DNA of 63,568 nucleotides, counting the filler, from Rhabdomonas costata (Eukaryota): assembly GCA_019059605.1 (NCBI GenBank). It is 56 parts of 56 records of this genome, joined end to end, with 100 filler letters (N's around TTAATTAATTAA, not from the genome) between each part and the next. Parts side by side here need not be neighbours in the genome. Positions count along the whole stretch, not along the records: positions 1 to 1,038 come from JAHMHO010032073.1; positions 1,139 to 2,176 come from JAHMHO010032074.1; positions 2,277 to 3,314 come from JAHMHO010032075.1; positions 3,415 to 4,452 come from JAHMHO010032076.1; positions 4,553 to 5,589 come from JAHMHO010032077.1; positions 5,690 to 6,727 come from JAHMHO010032078.1; positions 6,828 to 7,865 come from JAHMHO010032079.1; positions 7,966 to 9,001 come from JAHMHO010032080.1; 48 more parts are not named here. One strand, 5' to 3'. A model generated the notes under the pieces. The model did not search any database and was not told the origin of the DNA. It saw only the letters and a program-made list of their open reading frames with translations. Position numbers and translations under genes: made by a program. Of this stretch, positions 1 through 11,271 are shown in pieces; position 1 is the first letter of the stretch; each line of letters begins with the position of its first letter.

Positions 1-9
1 GGTGTTTTG

Positions 10-839
10 TTAGCTCGGCCTCCCGAGCACGGGCCTCGGCGAGTGAGGCTCGAAGCTCTTGCAGCTCTGCGGTGGACTTCTGAAGGTCAGAGGTGAGCTT
101 GTTCTCTGAGCTGCCCTGTGCCTGAGACCAGAACAGCGGGACCACGAGTGCTGCATCAAGGACGAAAAAAATGTTTTGGTGCCGGTTGGTGTCATATCAG
201 TCAGAGCGATGACACTGCGTTTTCGAAAGAAGCTCAGGTGTGCAGTAATGCTTCACGACAGAGTGACGAATGGCAGACGGCGGTGTCCAAAGAAGGAATG
301 CTGCATCATCGCAGGCGACCAATACAAACCAAATTGCACAAGATCTCTGTTGAGGCGTTGAACATACGATTCATCAAAAGTGGGTTCTTTGCACAAGGGG
401 GGGGGGTCCTTTCTCGATGCTCCAATACGGTTCTTGAACTTCCTGCGCCGGACCCGCAGTCCACGCAAAACGAATTTCCGCTCACCGGATGTACAAAGCC
501 TGTCCTTAACATCGACCAACAGCCCATATTCACCGCCCCATGTACAGGTTCCGCAAGGGCTGTCGACTATTCTGCGTCGGTATGTCGAACAGATGCATTT
601 CTCCTGTCCTTGAAAAACAAAAATCTAACGGAACCCAACCAACAATGAAGTTACAAGAGGAGGTGTTCTCTGTCCCTCGTGAGAGCAACGTAGCAGAAGA
701 CCTCGATCTGCAGGCGAGCCTGAGCAAGTTCCTTCTGGGCAGAGTCGAGCTCCGCCGTGGCCTTACGGAGCTGCACGTCCCTCTTGGTGACCTCTCCACT
801 GATGTCCTGAACGGCAATCAACTTGGCCTGCTCGGCGTC
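10..839 (-). CDS. Coiled-coil protein, two internal exons (839-702 and 121-~10)
   Basis: DAEQAKLIAVQDISGEVTKRDVQLRKATAELDSAQKELAQARLQIE | AQGSSENKLTSDLQKSTAELQELRASLAEARAREAEL. Phase-0 GT..AG intron 701-122; heptad pattern. Confidence 0.65.
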
Positions 840-1038
840 CTGCAAGGAGAATAAACAAACCACCATCCCTCTCACACTTCAAGGGAACATCGCAGATGGA
901 GTTCTTATTACTGGGATTATCGGATCACGAGTGGGACAGCATTTGTTTGGGGCTCAGACCAGTCAGCGGAACAAGACCTGGGGTAACTTTAAGGACTTTA
1001 TCTGATATGGTCTCAGGAAAGCTGCTTCCAATGGTAAC

Positions 1039-1138
1039 NNNNNNNNNNNNNNNNNNNNNNNNNNNNNNNNNNNNNNNNNNNNTTAATTAATTAANNNNNN
1101 NNNNNNNNNNNNNNNNNNNNNNNNNNNNNNNNNNNNNN
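1039..1138. other. Artificial contig spacer (first of 55; recurs about every 1137 bp)
   Basis: 44 N + TTAATTAATTAA + 44 N, identical each time, with stops in all six frames. It separates contigs of nearly equal length. Confidence 0.98.
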
Positions 1139-1806
1139 CGTGTGTGTGTTGTTTCTACCTGCGTACGGGCCGCGCGTGGTGCGGGGTGTATTTATCAGTA
1201 ACCACCTGTGATGACACCTGATGGCACAGCCAGGATTTGTGCTCATTTTCAATTTTCCTGGTGTCTTTCAAGCCATTAAATAAATGTGATTGCCTGCCTT
1301 CCATTGTTTGTAGTTGTGGTGTGTGCGATTGGACCAAACACTAGCCTGAATGGTTTGAGAGACGAAGCTGGATATGAGGTGAGTACGCTTTGGATCCATC
1401 TTCCCGTTCATTCCTTGCTTTTCAGCTCCATTGGTGTTGAAGGACCTCCCTGGACTGCTCAGCGCAGCAACCCGCAAATTTTCTTTTTCTTGCAGCCCAC
1501 GCTCTGAGCCGGTGAAAGTGGACTGGTCGACTCCTCTCACATCAGCGATTCTCAGCCAGTTGGGAACTAAGAGTGGTGTTGTGTACCTTTTTTTTTCTTG
1601 CCAAAGTGTGATTGTCGCATAGAATCAGGCCGGCAATGACAATGAACTGAATCAGATCTCGAGATTACCAACGCCCCATCCATACTCTTGCCTTTTTCTT
1701 ACATATCTGTCGATCCAACTTCCCTTCTGGTTCACCCACTGCTACCGTCTCTCATCTCGTGTTTGTATAATGATTCTCGGGTGGATCTGGGCCAGCGGTA
1801 CCCAGC

Positions 1807-2169
1807 CTTTTGTCAAGGAAGCTATCTCGAATTATCCCTCTCGAATCTACCGATAAATCACCTGAAGCCAAAAAAAGCAGGGTCATTCCTGCGAAGTCAA
1901 TGTAACGTTTCTTTTTGATTTTGACTTTGACAGACACTCATCACTTTCCATCAATATCTTCTCATAAAATTTAAAATCTTCCCTTCGCACGCCTAAATGA
2001 CCCGTGGCGTAGCTTCATACTACGTATATTTCCTGCTTTGCTTCTTTTGTCAAGGAAGCTATCTCGAATTATCCCTCTCGAATCTACCGATAAATCACCT
2101 GAAGCCAAAAAAAGCAGGGTCATTCCTGCGAAGTCAATGTAACGTTTCTTTTTGATTTTGACTTTGACA
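1807..2169 (+). repeat. 126-bp direct duplication (1807-1932 and 2044-2169)
   Basis: Identical copies read directly from the sequence; the second runs almost to the contig end. Confidence 0.9.
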
Positions 2170-4174
2170 AACACCCNNNNNNNNNNNNNNNNNNNNNNNN
2201 NNNNNNNNNNNNNNNNNNNNTTAATTAATTAANNNNNNNNNNNNNNNNNNNNNNNNNNNNNNNNNNNNNNNNNNNNGGGGGGTTGTTTCTTCATTTGAAC
2301 AGCATCCACCTGTCCTGCGGACAATTTCTCAGTGAACTTTTCCTCAAACTCTTCCGCAAGGAAATCCGCTCTCTTGAAGTTGCTGTTTACCGGGAGCGGA
2401 AGACTCTCCAGCGCTGGCACGGGGCTCCCCCGAGACCAAATCTACCTTGGTCTTCCTCAGCTACCGCTTTGAATCCTGTCGAACCGCTCGATGATCCCGC
2501 TGACCCTTCGTACGTCAGGAGCCCTGCCCATCCGGGGACTACGACAGTACACTCCCCCAGCTCCAGTCCATTTTGTCTGCACCCCACACTTCCTTGCTCG
2601 TGCCCAAACCTCTCCGAGCGCAGTAGAATCGTATTCTCACTGACCTGCTGGGGACATCCTCGGCCATGGATCTCGCAATTCGTTTCAGCTTCTCATGATG
2701 GCCCTTAAATGCCTTTTTGCACCACTGCAGCGCGAAGGTTCCGCGACCCTCTCCGTCCTTCTCCCTCTACGTGTTTGACTCTCCTTTCCGTCGTTGGATT
2801 CAAACAAACACAAACAAATCTTACAACTTATGGGTGGATAATACCACCAAATACTTGTTGGCTTGGTACCAACCGGAACGAAACCCATAGTACAGTACAT
2901 ACAGTAGGAAGTGCGCTCTTGCGCCTGGAATATTTTTTGAAGGATGTTTAAGAGCCGCGAGGAAAGGGAGAAAGCCTTCACAGGTTGTCTCGAATGCAAG
3001 AAAAAAGACATTGCTTCCTTTTGTAGTATCCCTCGAACAAGGGAACATGCACCAACCAAAAGTAGCAGTAAAAAATAAAGCTTCTCTCTGGAGAGTTTTC
3101 GATGAATCCAAGAAGGGAAAACTCCTATATCGTAAAGAGACTCAGTTCGAGTGTCCTTTGGGCGGTTCCTTACATCCGATCAGAAATGTGCTGCAAGCAG
3201 TGCAACATTGTGAGAATGGCGCAGAGCAATGGGTCAATGTGCCCCTGGTTTGATTTTTCCACCTAGGTGGCAAAAACGCACTTATACAAAAAGGGGTCAG
3301 CAGCACACAAACATNNNNNNNNNNNNNNNNNNNNNNNNNNNNNNNNNNNNNNNNNNNNTTAATTAATTAANNNNNNNNNNNNNNNNNNNNNNNNNNNNNN
3401 NNNNNNNNNNNNNNGGGTTTGTGGGAGGCCTGGTGTATGGTTGCGTGGGGCTTTCCTTTTTTCCTGGTGTTTGTGTGCGGGCGTGCCTGCGGCCCCCCCC
3501 CTCTTCTTTTCTTCTGCCCGGTTTCTGAGGCAGTGTGGTGGTATAGGTGGGCGTCGTCGCCCTTGTGTTAGGGCGGTTTAGGTGCTTTTGGATCAGGGTG
3601 CGGAACTCGGGCCCGGGTAAGACGGACCTCTCTGTCACGCCATTTGAGCGGCGTTGCGAAGGAAACGCTATCATTAACTGGCGTTAGCACGCCTCTGGCT
3701 TCTGCCACCATCGATGATCCTCCAAGCTTGATGCAGGAACTCTGAGGAAAAGGCTAAGCAAGGCAGCAAGGAAAAGCTTCGGTCAAACCCCCATGTGGTT
3801 TCGTGACATCCAGGATTTAGCGCAAAAGGTGCAAAGACACGAGAAAAAAACAGTTGCGCAATGGGAGGGATAGTGATGGTGCATCTTACAGACGAGAGGT
3901 TGCTGCGAGGGTGTATTTTCACTCGAGAACCGGGCAAAATGCGATAATGAGTTGGTGTCAGGTATGCCACCAGCATTCGTGGCTCGCCTCCTTCAAACCG
4001 GTGTTTTTGTTGTTCCCCTTGACCCCCGGGAAAAGTCCCACTCCAAAAGTAAATGAGATAAAATTGAGAACGCTGTGCCGGCACCACCTGAGCTGTAAAC
4101 GCTCACGCCCACCACAATTGCATCACAATTGCGGCACTAGTCCCACCTTTCTGCGCTATCTGCTGTTTCTTCCC

Positions 4175-4284
4175 TCACTCCACCCAGCAGAATACGCGGC
4201 CGTCCGCCCCCGAGGTGAACAGCCACGGCAGGCTGCTGTGGAACTGGCACGACAGCACCCCCATGTGCTGCCTCACCCAATGCC
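4175..4284 (-). CDS. BOP1: Ribosome biogenesis protein BOP1/ERB1, last exon (C-terminal WD40)
   Basis: ccgcag| then GHWVRQHMGVLSCQFHSSLPWLFTSGADGRVFCWVE*, matching the BOP1/Erb1 C-terminal pattern GH..GVL...FH...PW.F.SGADG. Confidence 0.75.
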
Positions 4285-4851
4285 CTGCGGGATCGCACAC
4301 CAACCTCGTCATAATCATGATCCTCATCATTGTCATTATCTTATCTTTATAATCTATTTCATGATTTGGGTACGTGCATTGTGAGTGGGGGCGAATGCAA
4401 AAATTTCTCGAACGTTTCACGCGTGTGCCCGGAGTGGTTGATCCGCAAACAANNNNNNNNNNNNNNNNNNNNNNNNNNNNNNNNNNNNNNNNNNNNTTAA
4501 TTAATTAANNNNNNNNNNNNNNNNNNNNNNNNNNNNNNNNNNNNNNNNNNNNGGTGTTGTGGGCCAGCTGGAGTAGCGCTTTCGCAGACCGCTGTGCAAC
4601 GCTCCACCCAAAAAGATGTGCGCGATCCGCATTTCAGAGAGCCAACAGAAGGTCCGCCGAATAATTCAGGCAGTCACAATCTCGGCAGTTTTCAAAGGAA
4701 ATGTATCCGATTTCTGGGCCTTTTGGGTATGCGGTGCTCGCCAGAATCGGAGGGGCGAAATGGGATGGGATGGGCTTTGGTGAAAGTTCGGAGGATCCTT
4801 CAAACTTCGAAGAAGAGAGAGAACCCCCCAATATGCGCGTGTGTGAGGGAC

Positions 4852-5512
4852 CTGAGATAGTGACGTTCAGCCAGATCCCCGCGAAGTACACGGTAGGGCT
4901 GACCACGTACGTTGTGTCACCCGGGCCTCGGGTTCTCGAAGACCTAAGCCATGCAAACGTCGAGCTTACACGCCCACTGAGTTGGGTATAAAGGATAAAC
5001 ACTGGTCTTGTTGTGCTCATTGGGAGCGCCCAAGGCTCCGCGTCTCACACAAATATGGGCGCCTCCAGACCCCGAATCCACAAAACTCCAGGAGGCACGA
5101 CCAGGCAACTTTGAACCCGAAAACTGCGGTGCGCTATGTCAGCCGGACAATTCTCACTCTCTCTCTTTCATCAGGTCAGCAAGGCTCAGACAGGAATTTT
5201 TCTGCATCAAAAACGAGTCTCATGTCTTTTATTTCGACTTCAGAGGGCAAGAAGCAGATCTCATCTCAGGGTTCCACCACCCCATATATGCTCCTCCCCA
5301 CGCCCAATTTCCGGCCCAGAATAGAGATGTCAGCAGGAACTGTCAAACAAAAGGTAAAAAAAACGGTGGGGTGGAGGGCACAAACCCCAGGGCAATGTAG
5401 GAGCCTTGGCTCTGCATGTAGCACATCGTGAACACTCCTCCGGCTCGAAAGGTGACGGTGATGTAGGTGGAGCTCCCGCCCGGGCCAAACAACGTCATAT
5501 CGGCCTGAGTGC
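4852..5512 (-). CDS. Unknown beta-rich, probably extracellular protein, two exons (5512-5386, 4976-4852)
   Basis: A phase-2 GT..AG intron joins ...FTMCYMQSQGSYIALG to GRVSSTFAWLRSSRTRGPGDTTYVVSPTVYFAGIWLNVTIS in frame. Confidence 0.45.
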
Positions 5513-5689
5513 CTGCACCCAACACACTAACTCTCACAACACAACAGAACGCGCGCGGGTGGGCGTCCAAGCGAAGGGTCAAGTGAGATNNNNNNNNNNN
5601 NNNNNNNNNNNNNNNNNNNNNNNNNNNNNNNNNTTAATTAATTAANNNNNNNNNNNNNNNNNNNNNNNNNNNNNNNNNNNNNNNNNNNN

Positions 5690-5720
5690 GTTGTTGTTGT
5701 TGCTGCTGCTGCTGCTGCTG
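5690..5720 (+). repeat. (TTG)n/(CTG)n microsatellite
   Basis: gttgttgttgttgctgctgctgctgctgctg. Confidence 0.85.
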
Positions 5721-5727
5721 TTTGCAG

Positions 5728-6260
5728 GTTGCTGGATTTTGACAAGAAATTGTGCGAGTTATGCTTTGTACGTTGGTTTTTGGCACAGGAGGAAGATCAA
5801 GAAAGCCCGCTAATGGGAAGCTGGAGAGAGATTCAGAGGCTGCACGCGGAGTCTTGGAAGGTGTGTGTGTTTGTATGTTTGCTTGTGTGTCCATTTGTGA
5901 ATGCGCCTCGGTATGAAAGAGTACCACAAACAAGGAGTTGAGGAGTTGAGGGGAGAGAAGGAAGAAGTAGGGGACGCTTGTGAAAGGGGGGTCCCCACGC
6001 TCTCTGGCCCGTGGTCTTTGTTCGCGTCCTTCCCTTGCAAAGGGTTTCGATTAGTTTGGTTGAACTGAACGCAAACACAAAAATTCTTGATCCTGAATAT
6101 CCTATGGTGGCTTCGCTGGACGGTGTTAATATGTGCAACTTTTTCCTCACAGAGCTGCACCCAAGCCTTGGCCACACGGCCGTACAACCTTCCTGAGCTG
6201 AAAGACCGCCTTCCGGCTCAAACCCCGCTTCCTGTCCATCACTTGCCCAGAACAAAAGCG
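5728..6260 (+). CDS. Hypothetical protein, two candidate exons (5728-5860, 6153-6260)
   Basis: Open frames bounded by AG and GT and joined in phase 0. No family recognised. Confidence 0.35.
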
Positions 6261-6827
6261 GTCTGCCCGTCTGTCATGCGCATGGGGGCAACCCTCGGTG
6301 GAGTGCCTGAAGTTTTCATTTCGCTGCCTGCCTGCCTTTTTTCAGCGTGGAGCCCGTGCAGCTCGCCATGCTGCGGCTGAGTCGGTGTCGTGCTTGTTTA
6401 ATATTATCTCTTGCCGAGCCTTTTTTTTCTTCCGTCGAATGGATTATTGTTATGCCTTGTCTTTGTTGCCCTTTCTTTGGCTATTGTTCTTTTGGTTCTT
6501 TTGGTTAGGAGCAGAAAGTCACCGAAGAAGAGGACCTGCTTCGTATGTGCTGTCTATCAGCTTCCTAAAACGAGCGATGCATTTTGTTGCAAGTTGTAGA
6601 GATACTTGTAAAGTTGTAGAGGTACTTGACCTCACATTTTTTCTGCTGGTTATTCTGTGGAGGTGGCAGGTGGCGATCTTTTGTTTACCGTTTCTCCTTC
6701 CCCGAATACGCCACTCCCCCCCCAACCNNNNNNNNNNNNNNNNNNNNNNNNNNNNNNNNNNNNNNNNNNNNTTAATTAATTAANNNNNNNNNNNNNNNNN
6801 NNNNNNNNNNNNNNNNNNNNNNNNNNN

Positions 6828-7865
6828 TTTGTGTTTGCATTCGTTGTTGTTGGATGCTATGGAAGGGCCAACACCGTTTTCGTCATTGCTGCATTCGGCT
6901 ACGTATTATGTGGTGCTGCAGGGGTTGTGGTTCTGGTGACGGTGGTGGGTGGTGGTGGTACTGGGGTGTGTGATTCGGGGCTGTCGGCGTGTGTGAACTT
7001 GCTTACTTACTTAATTACTGAACTTACCAATGGGTGTGCTTGCTTGTCCAGTTGGTGTCGAGGTGTGGTGTGGGATTGGAGGTGTGGGTGCTATGGAGGG
7101 TGCAGGGGCGTGTGGTTCGTCGTCGGTTAGGTGTGGGTGATGGTTGTCGTGTTGGTCCAGGTGTTTCTTGCGTGATAGTTGTGGGTGTGGTTCATGTACT
7201 CGAAGCTGGCGGTGGCTCTGAGTACGATTGTGCTTGTGGAGTTGATGGTTGTGTGGTTGTGTGAGTTTTCTTTGTTGGGAGGTGTGGATGGTGGGGTGTT
7301 GGCGGTCTGTGCTTCGTTTCCTAGTGGTGCTTCGGTGGTCCATGGCTGTGGGGGTGTCGCGAGTTTGGGCTTGGTGCATTTGTTTGTTCACTTTATTGAT
7401 GGCTTTGTTGTTCATGTGTGTTGGGGTATTGCTGCAGGGTGCTTTGGCTCAGGATGTGCGTATTTTGGCCGGTTGGGTGGGGTTGGGTGTGGTAGGTTGC
7501 GGTTTGTGTCGGCGTGTTTCTTCTTGTACATCTGTGCAATCGCTTATCCATGTGTCTGAGGAGGGAAGTTGTGTAGTGAGGAGTGTGGGGTAGGTTTTGT
7601 GGTGTGGGGTGAGTCGTCGGTTGGAGGCTGATGGTGTGGGATGTGCTAGTGGTGTGCAGTGTTGTGGTTGGTAAGATGGGTGGGTCCAGTGCTGTGTTTT
7701 CCTCGCTTGTGTTCTTCTTCTATGGGTATGTGTTAGGGTTAGGGTTCTGTGTGTGATTCTGTATGTAGTGTAGGGTATGGGGTTGTTGGTAGCGTTGGTG
7801 TTGGTGACACCGTGACACCAACACCCTACGCAACACCAACTGCAGAAAGAACACCAACAACACAC
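6828..7865. other. G/T-skewed low-complexity contig, probable amplification-primer artefact
   Basis: Strong G+T excess up to about 7805, then an abrupt switch to C/A; no coherent ORF. Confidence 0.6.
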
Positions 7866-8403
7866 NNNNNNNNNNNNNNNNNNNNNNNNNNNNNNNNNNN
7901 NNNNNNNNNTTAATTAATTAANNNNNNNNNNNNNNNNNNNNNNNNNNNNNNNNNNNNNNNNNNNNTACGGCAGTACCAAGCCCACGTATCCAACTCCACG
8001 CGTGGCTCAGCGCGCCCCCAAGTGCCGCTTTGGCCTCCTTGTGGACTGACTTCAGTAGTATCTGCCTTCTGCCCTGCGATTACGATTTGGCCGCTTCCCG
8101 GTCTCACGCCACAGACTATATCTCTACGCCGAGACACGAACTTTTCAAGGTCCATTTTGGCGACTTGGGCAGTTCACCAGTCTCAGTTGTCTTTTGGAGC
8201 GCAGAAAGTGTACAAAATGCAATGGCTTGCCCACCACCCACCACCGGTCACAGGAACACACGGATTCCGCTCTCCCCCTCACTGCCAGCCTGCGAGTGTC
8301 TTGCGTGTTTTCTTGTATAACCGCGTTTTTATTCACTGCGGACTTTTGCTTTGTGCATGAACCGGCACTTCCCCTGGTGCAGACGCAAGCCAAAGGGCTG
8401 TGC

Positions 8404-8628
8404 TGGCCATCTCGTCCCGTCCTCGTTGGTGATCCTCTGAGCTCTTGAACGTTCACCTTCTGCTCTCTCTGCCTCGCTTCCTACATGGCCATCGCCCCCG
8501 TCCTGGTTGGTGATCCAATGGGCTCTTTGTCATTCCCCTTCTGCTCTCCTTCTTCTTTCTCTCTCTGCCCCTTCCTCCATGGCCGTTGGTGATCCACTGG
8601 GCTGTTTATCATTCGCCATCTGCTCTCT
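8404..8628 (+). repeat. Degenerate tandem repeat, about 82-90 bp unit, about 2.5 copies
   Basis: The core gttggtgatcc..tg.gct recurs three times (about 8425, 8506, 8585), each followed by tctgctctc; tggccatc..cccgtcct precedes the first two. Confidence 0.7.
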
Positions 8629-9101
8629 GTATGTGATTCACCCCAACGCCTGAAGTGCGCGAGAGGCGTACACCCACGATCGTACGTCCCGAGGGGGACA
8701 AGAACCCTGGGGGCAGGGGAAAGCAACGAGGCGAGAAGGCAAAATGGGCCTGCCCATCGAGGGTGAGGAGGCTTTCGCACATCTAAGAGTGCACCTTCAT
8801 CCACCGCGCACACCCTCACACATGTACACATACACACCATCAAGGACCAACGGCGCAAAAGCTTTCAGTCGATCCTTGCATTCACGTCATCTATTAAACC
8901 CCCATTCAATGCCCCTCCACTATTCAACTTTTTTTGTGCTGCTTGATTGTCATTTTTCTGATTTTTCCCACACCAAGGAGCGTTATTCTGCACCACACAA
9001 CNNNNNNNNNNNNNNNNNNNNNNNNNNNNNNNNNNNNNNNNNNNNTTAATTAATTAANNNNNNNNNNNNNNNNNNNNNNNNNNNNNNNNNNNNNNNNNNN
9101 N

Positions 9102-10100
9102 TGTGGTTTGGGAAGCCACATGGTCAGGAACGGCCAATGATATCAAACTCTTGCCAGCGTGTCGATCTTGCGGAAGTTGAGACGTGATGTTGGAGGCAGC
9201 TCTATATCTCCTATGATGAAGGTGGAACTTATCCAGGTTAATGGTGCTGGGATCTCAGAGCACCAGAGCCCAGTTTTACCAATGTGAAGCTGCACACAAA
9301 GCCACTTACACCAGCTGTTATATGCGCCCACCAGTAGCTCTACTTTTCTCAAAAAAGTGGAGAGAAAGCACACATTGTCAGCGTAGCTGATGGACTCAAG
9401 ATAGAAGTCGTGCACGCGTATACCCACCTGCTGAGCTCCATCACAGCGGTAAACTGGTTCAAAGATGAGGTTCATGATATAAGGGCTGTACGGGAAGCCC
9501 TTGGCAAGCCCATTGGCCATGGTCCATTTATAACCGTCAACTTGGCCGTACATAAGACGGTGACGAGTGTGGGAATAAAATTACTTGAAGCATCGGATAA
9601 CGGCCGCAGAGATTCAAGTCTAATAAATCAACTCCAAAGACTGCCAACAAATAAATGGAAGGAAAACATTTGATTACATCACGTTTGACGATCCAAAGAG
9701 TTTTTTCTCGCCGCCGCTCGAGCTCAATGGTGTCGGTCAGCAGCTGCTCCATGTGTACGGTGCTGGACTGTGCACCAAAAACACATAACAGAATGACGCA
9801 GATAGAATCCATTCTGTACAGTGGCCAAGAAATGAATATTATCATTGGCCCACGTCCAGCGCCGTAATGAAACGTTGGTCCTGGGGAAGAGTACCACCAA
9901 AGGCCTTCAAAATCATGGCGACATATGCCCGAAGCATCTAGTCCGGACAGTGCCCATATTTTTCCACAATATTAAAGAGTTCTCGTGCATAATCATTCCA
10001 TCATGGACTCCTACAAGCGACTCACCCAATCCACTAGCTCCTCAAATTGTGTGGGATACACAAGTATAGCACTACGTTTGCAGTGGTGGGACTCAGCTCC
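9102..10100 (-). mobile_element. Decayed non-LTR (LINE) retrotransposon reverse transcriptase
   Basis: RT motifs LWIVKRDVIKCFPSI, GLAKGFPYSPYIMNL and SYADNV, split over frames by frameshifts. Confidence 0.85.
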
Positions 10101-10239
10101 GCATCCACGACAGAATTTGGAGTCTTCAAAGGCAAAACANNNNNNNNNNNNNNNNNNNNNNNNNNNNNNNNNNNNNNNNNNNNTTAATTAATTAANNNNN
10201 NNNNNNNNNNNNNNNNNNNNNNNNNNNNNNNNNNNNNNN

Positions 10240-11271
10240 GGTGGGTGATCTGTAACATCGGCCTCCTCTTCCAGTGTATCCTCGACCTCTGAACGCCAAC
10301 ATTCCTCTGGATGGAGTCACCCTCCTCTCTGGACAAGGCGTACGCGTCGCATTAAATTGTGGCTGTGGAGTGGCGGAAAACATTACTGAACTCGCCGGAA
10401 CTGTGACTGCTAACGTTGGCGGTGTCGCCATTTCAAACAAATTTGCACTTCTCTGCACCGCACTTACGTTAACCATACCTCTGGATACTGTGGAAGGTGC
10501 ACCGCTGACATTTCTCTCTGTAGAGGTTAGAAAGGCCGTACTCCCCGAGAAAGGAGTGTATCCATAACGTATGGCATCTAAATCCATTGCCGCACCCCCC
10601 GTTGTGATTCGATTCTTCGCCATCACTTTGGCCTGGATGTCCCCTTCCAAACCTCTGACATACAGATGCTGCAAACGATTTTCGTTGTCAAACTTCGTCC
10701 CCTTCATCAGATTCATCCAGGTCACAAACTGCTGATGGTAGAATTGGAAATTACACTCCGATATTTTTAATTGCTCCAACCTCCGCACTACATTGTAGTC
10801 CCACGTATGTGCACACAGCCGCCTCTTCAACGTCTCTACAAACTCTTTCCAGTCTGTAAAGACTTCACCTGGCGCAACAATTCCTCTGGAATGTGCACCC
10901 AAGGCGCCTGTGGCATAAGTAATTGCAACTTGATCTGGAAGCCTGCAAAAGTCCTTCAGCTCTTCTACCGACACAAGCCACGGTAGGAAATTAGCTAGGT
11001 TTCCATCGTACTTCTGAAACTATGGAGCTTTCTCCTGCAATTTCCGCAATGCTCCAAGCGCCTCTGGAACTGTGGAACCTCCTCCACTCTGTAAACCTTC
11101 CGCTGATGGTCCAGCCACCACTCTCCGCAGCAACTCCTGTGTAAGATCGTGATTGGCCCGCTGCTGCTGCTACATGCTCTGGAAAAAGGATACCACTTTG
11201 GTTAAAAACGTCTGCTCTATCTGTGGTTCAGAGGCTGCGCTTGACTTAGGAGGTGGCGGATTTCCTGACAT
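10240..11271 (-). mobile_element. Ty3/gypsy-type gag, pseudogenised
   Basis: KYDGN..FLPWL, DWKEFVETLKRR, YVRGLEGDIQ, MDLD motif, then RGRG...CY (start of a zinc knuckle). Two in-frame TAG stops in the N-terminal part. Confidence 0.8.
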
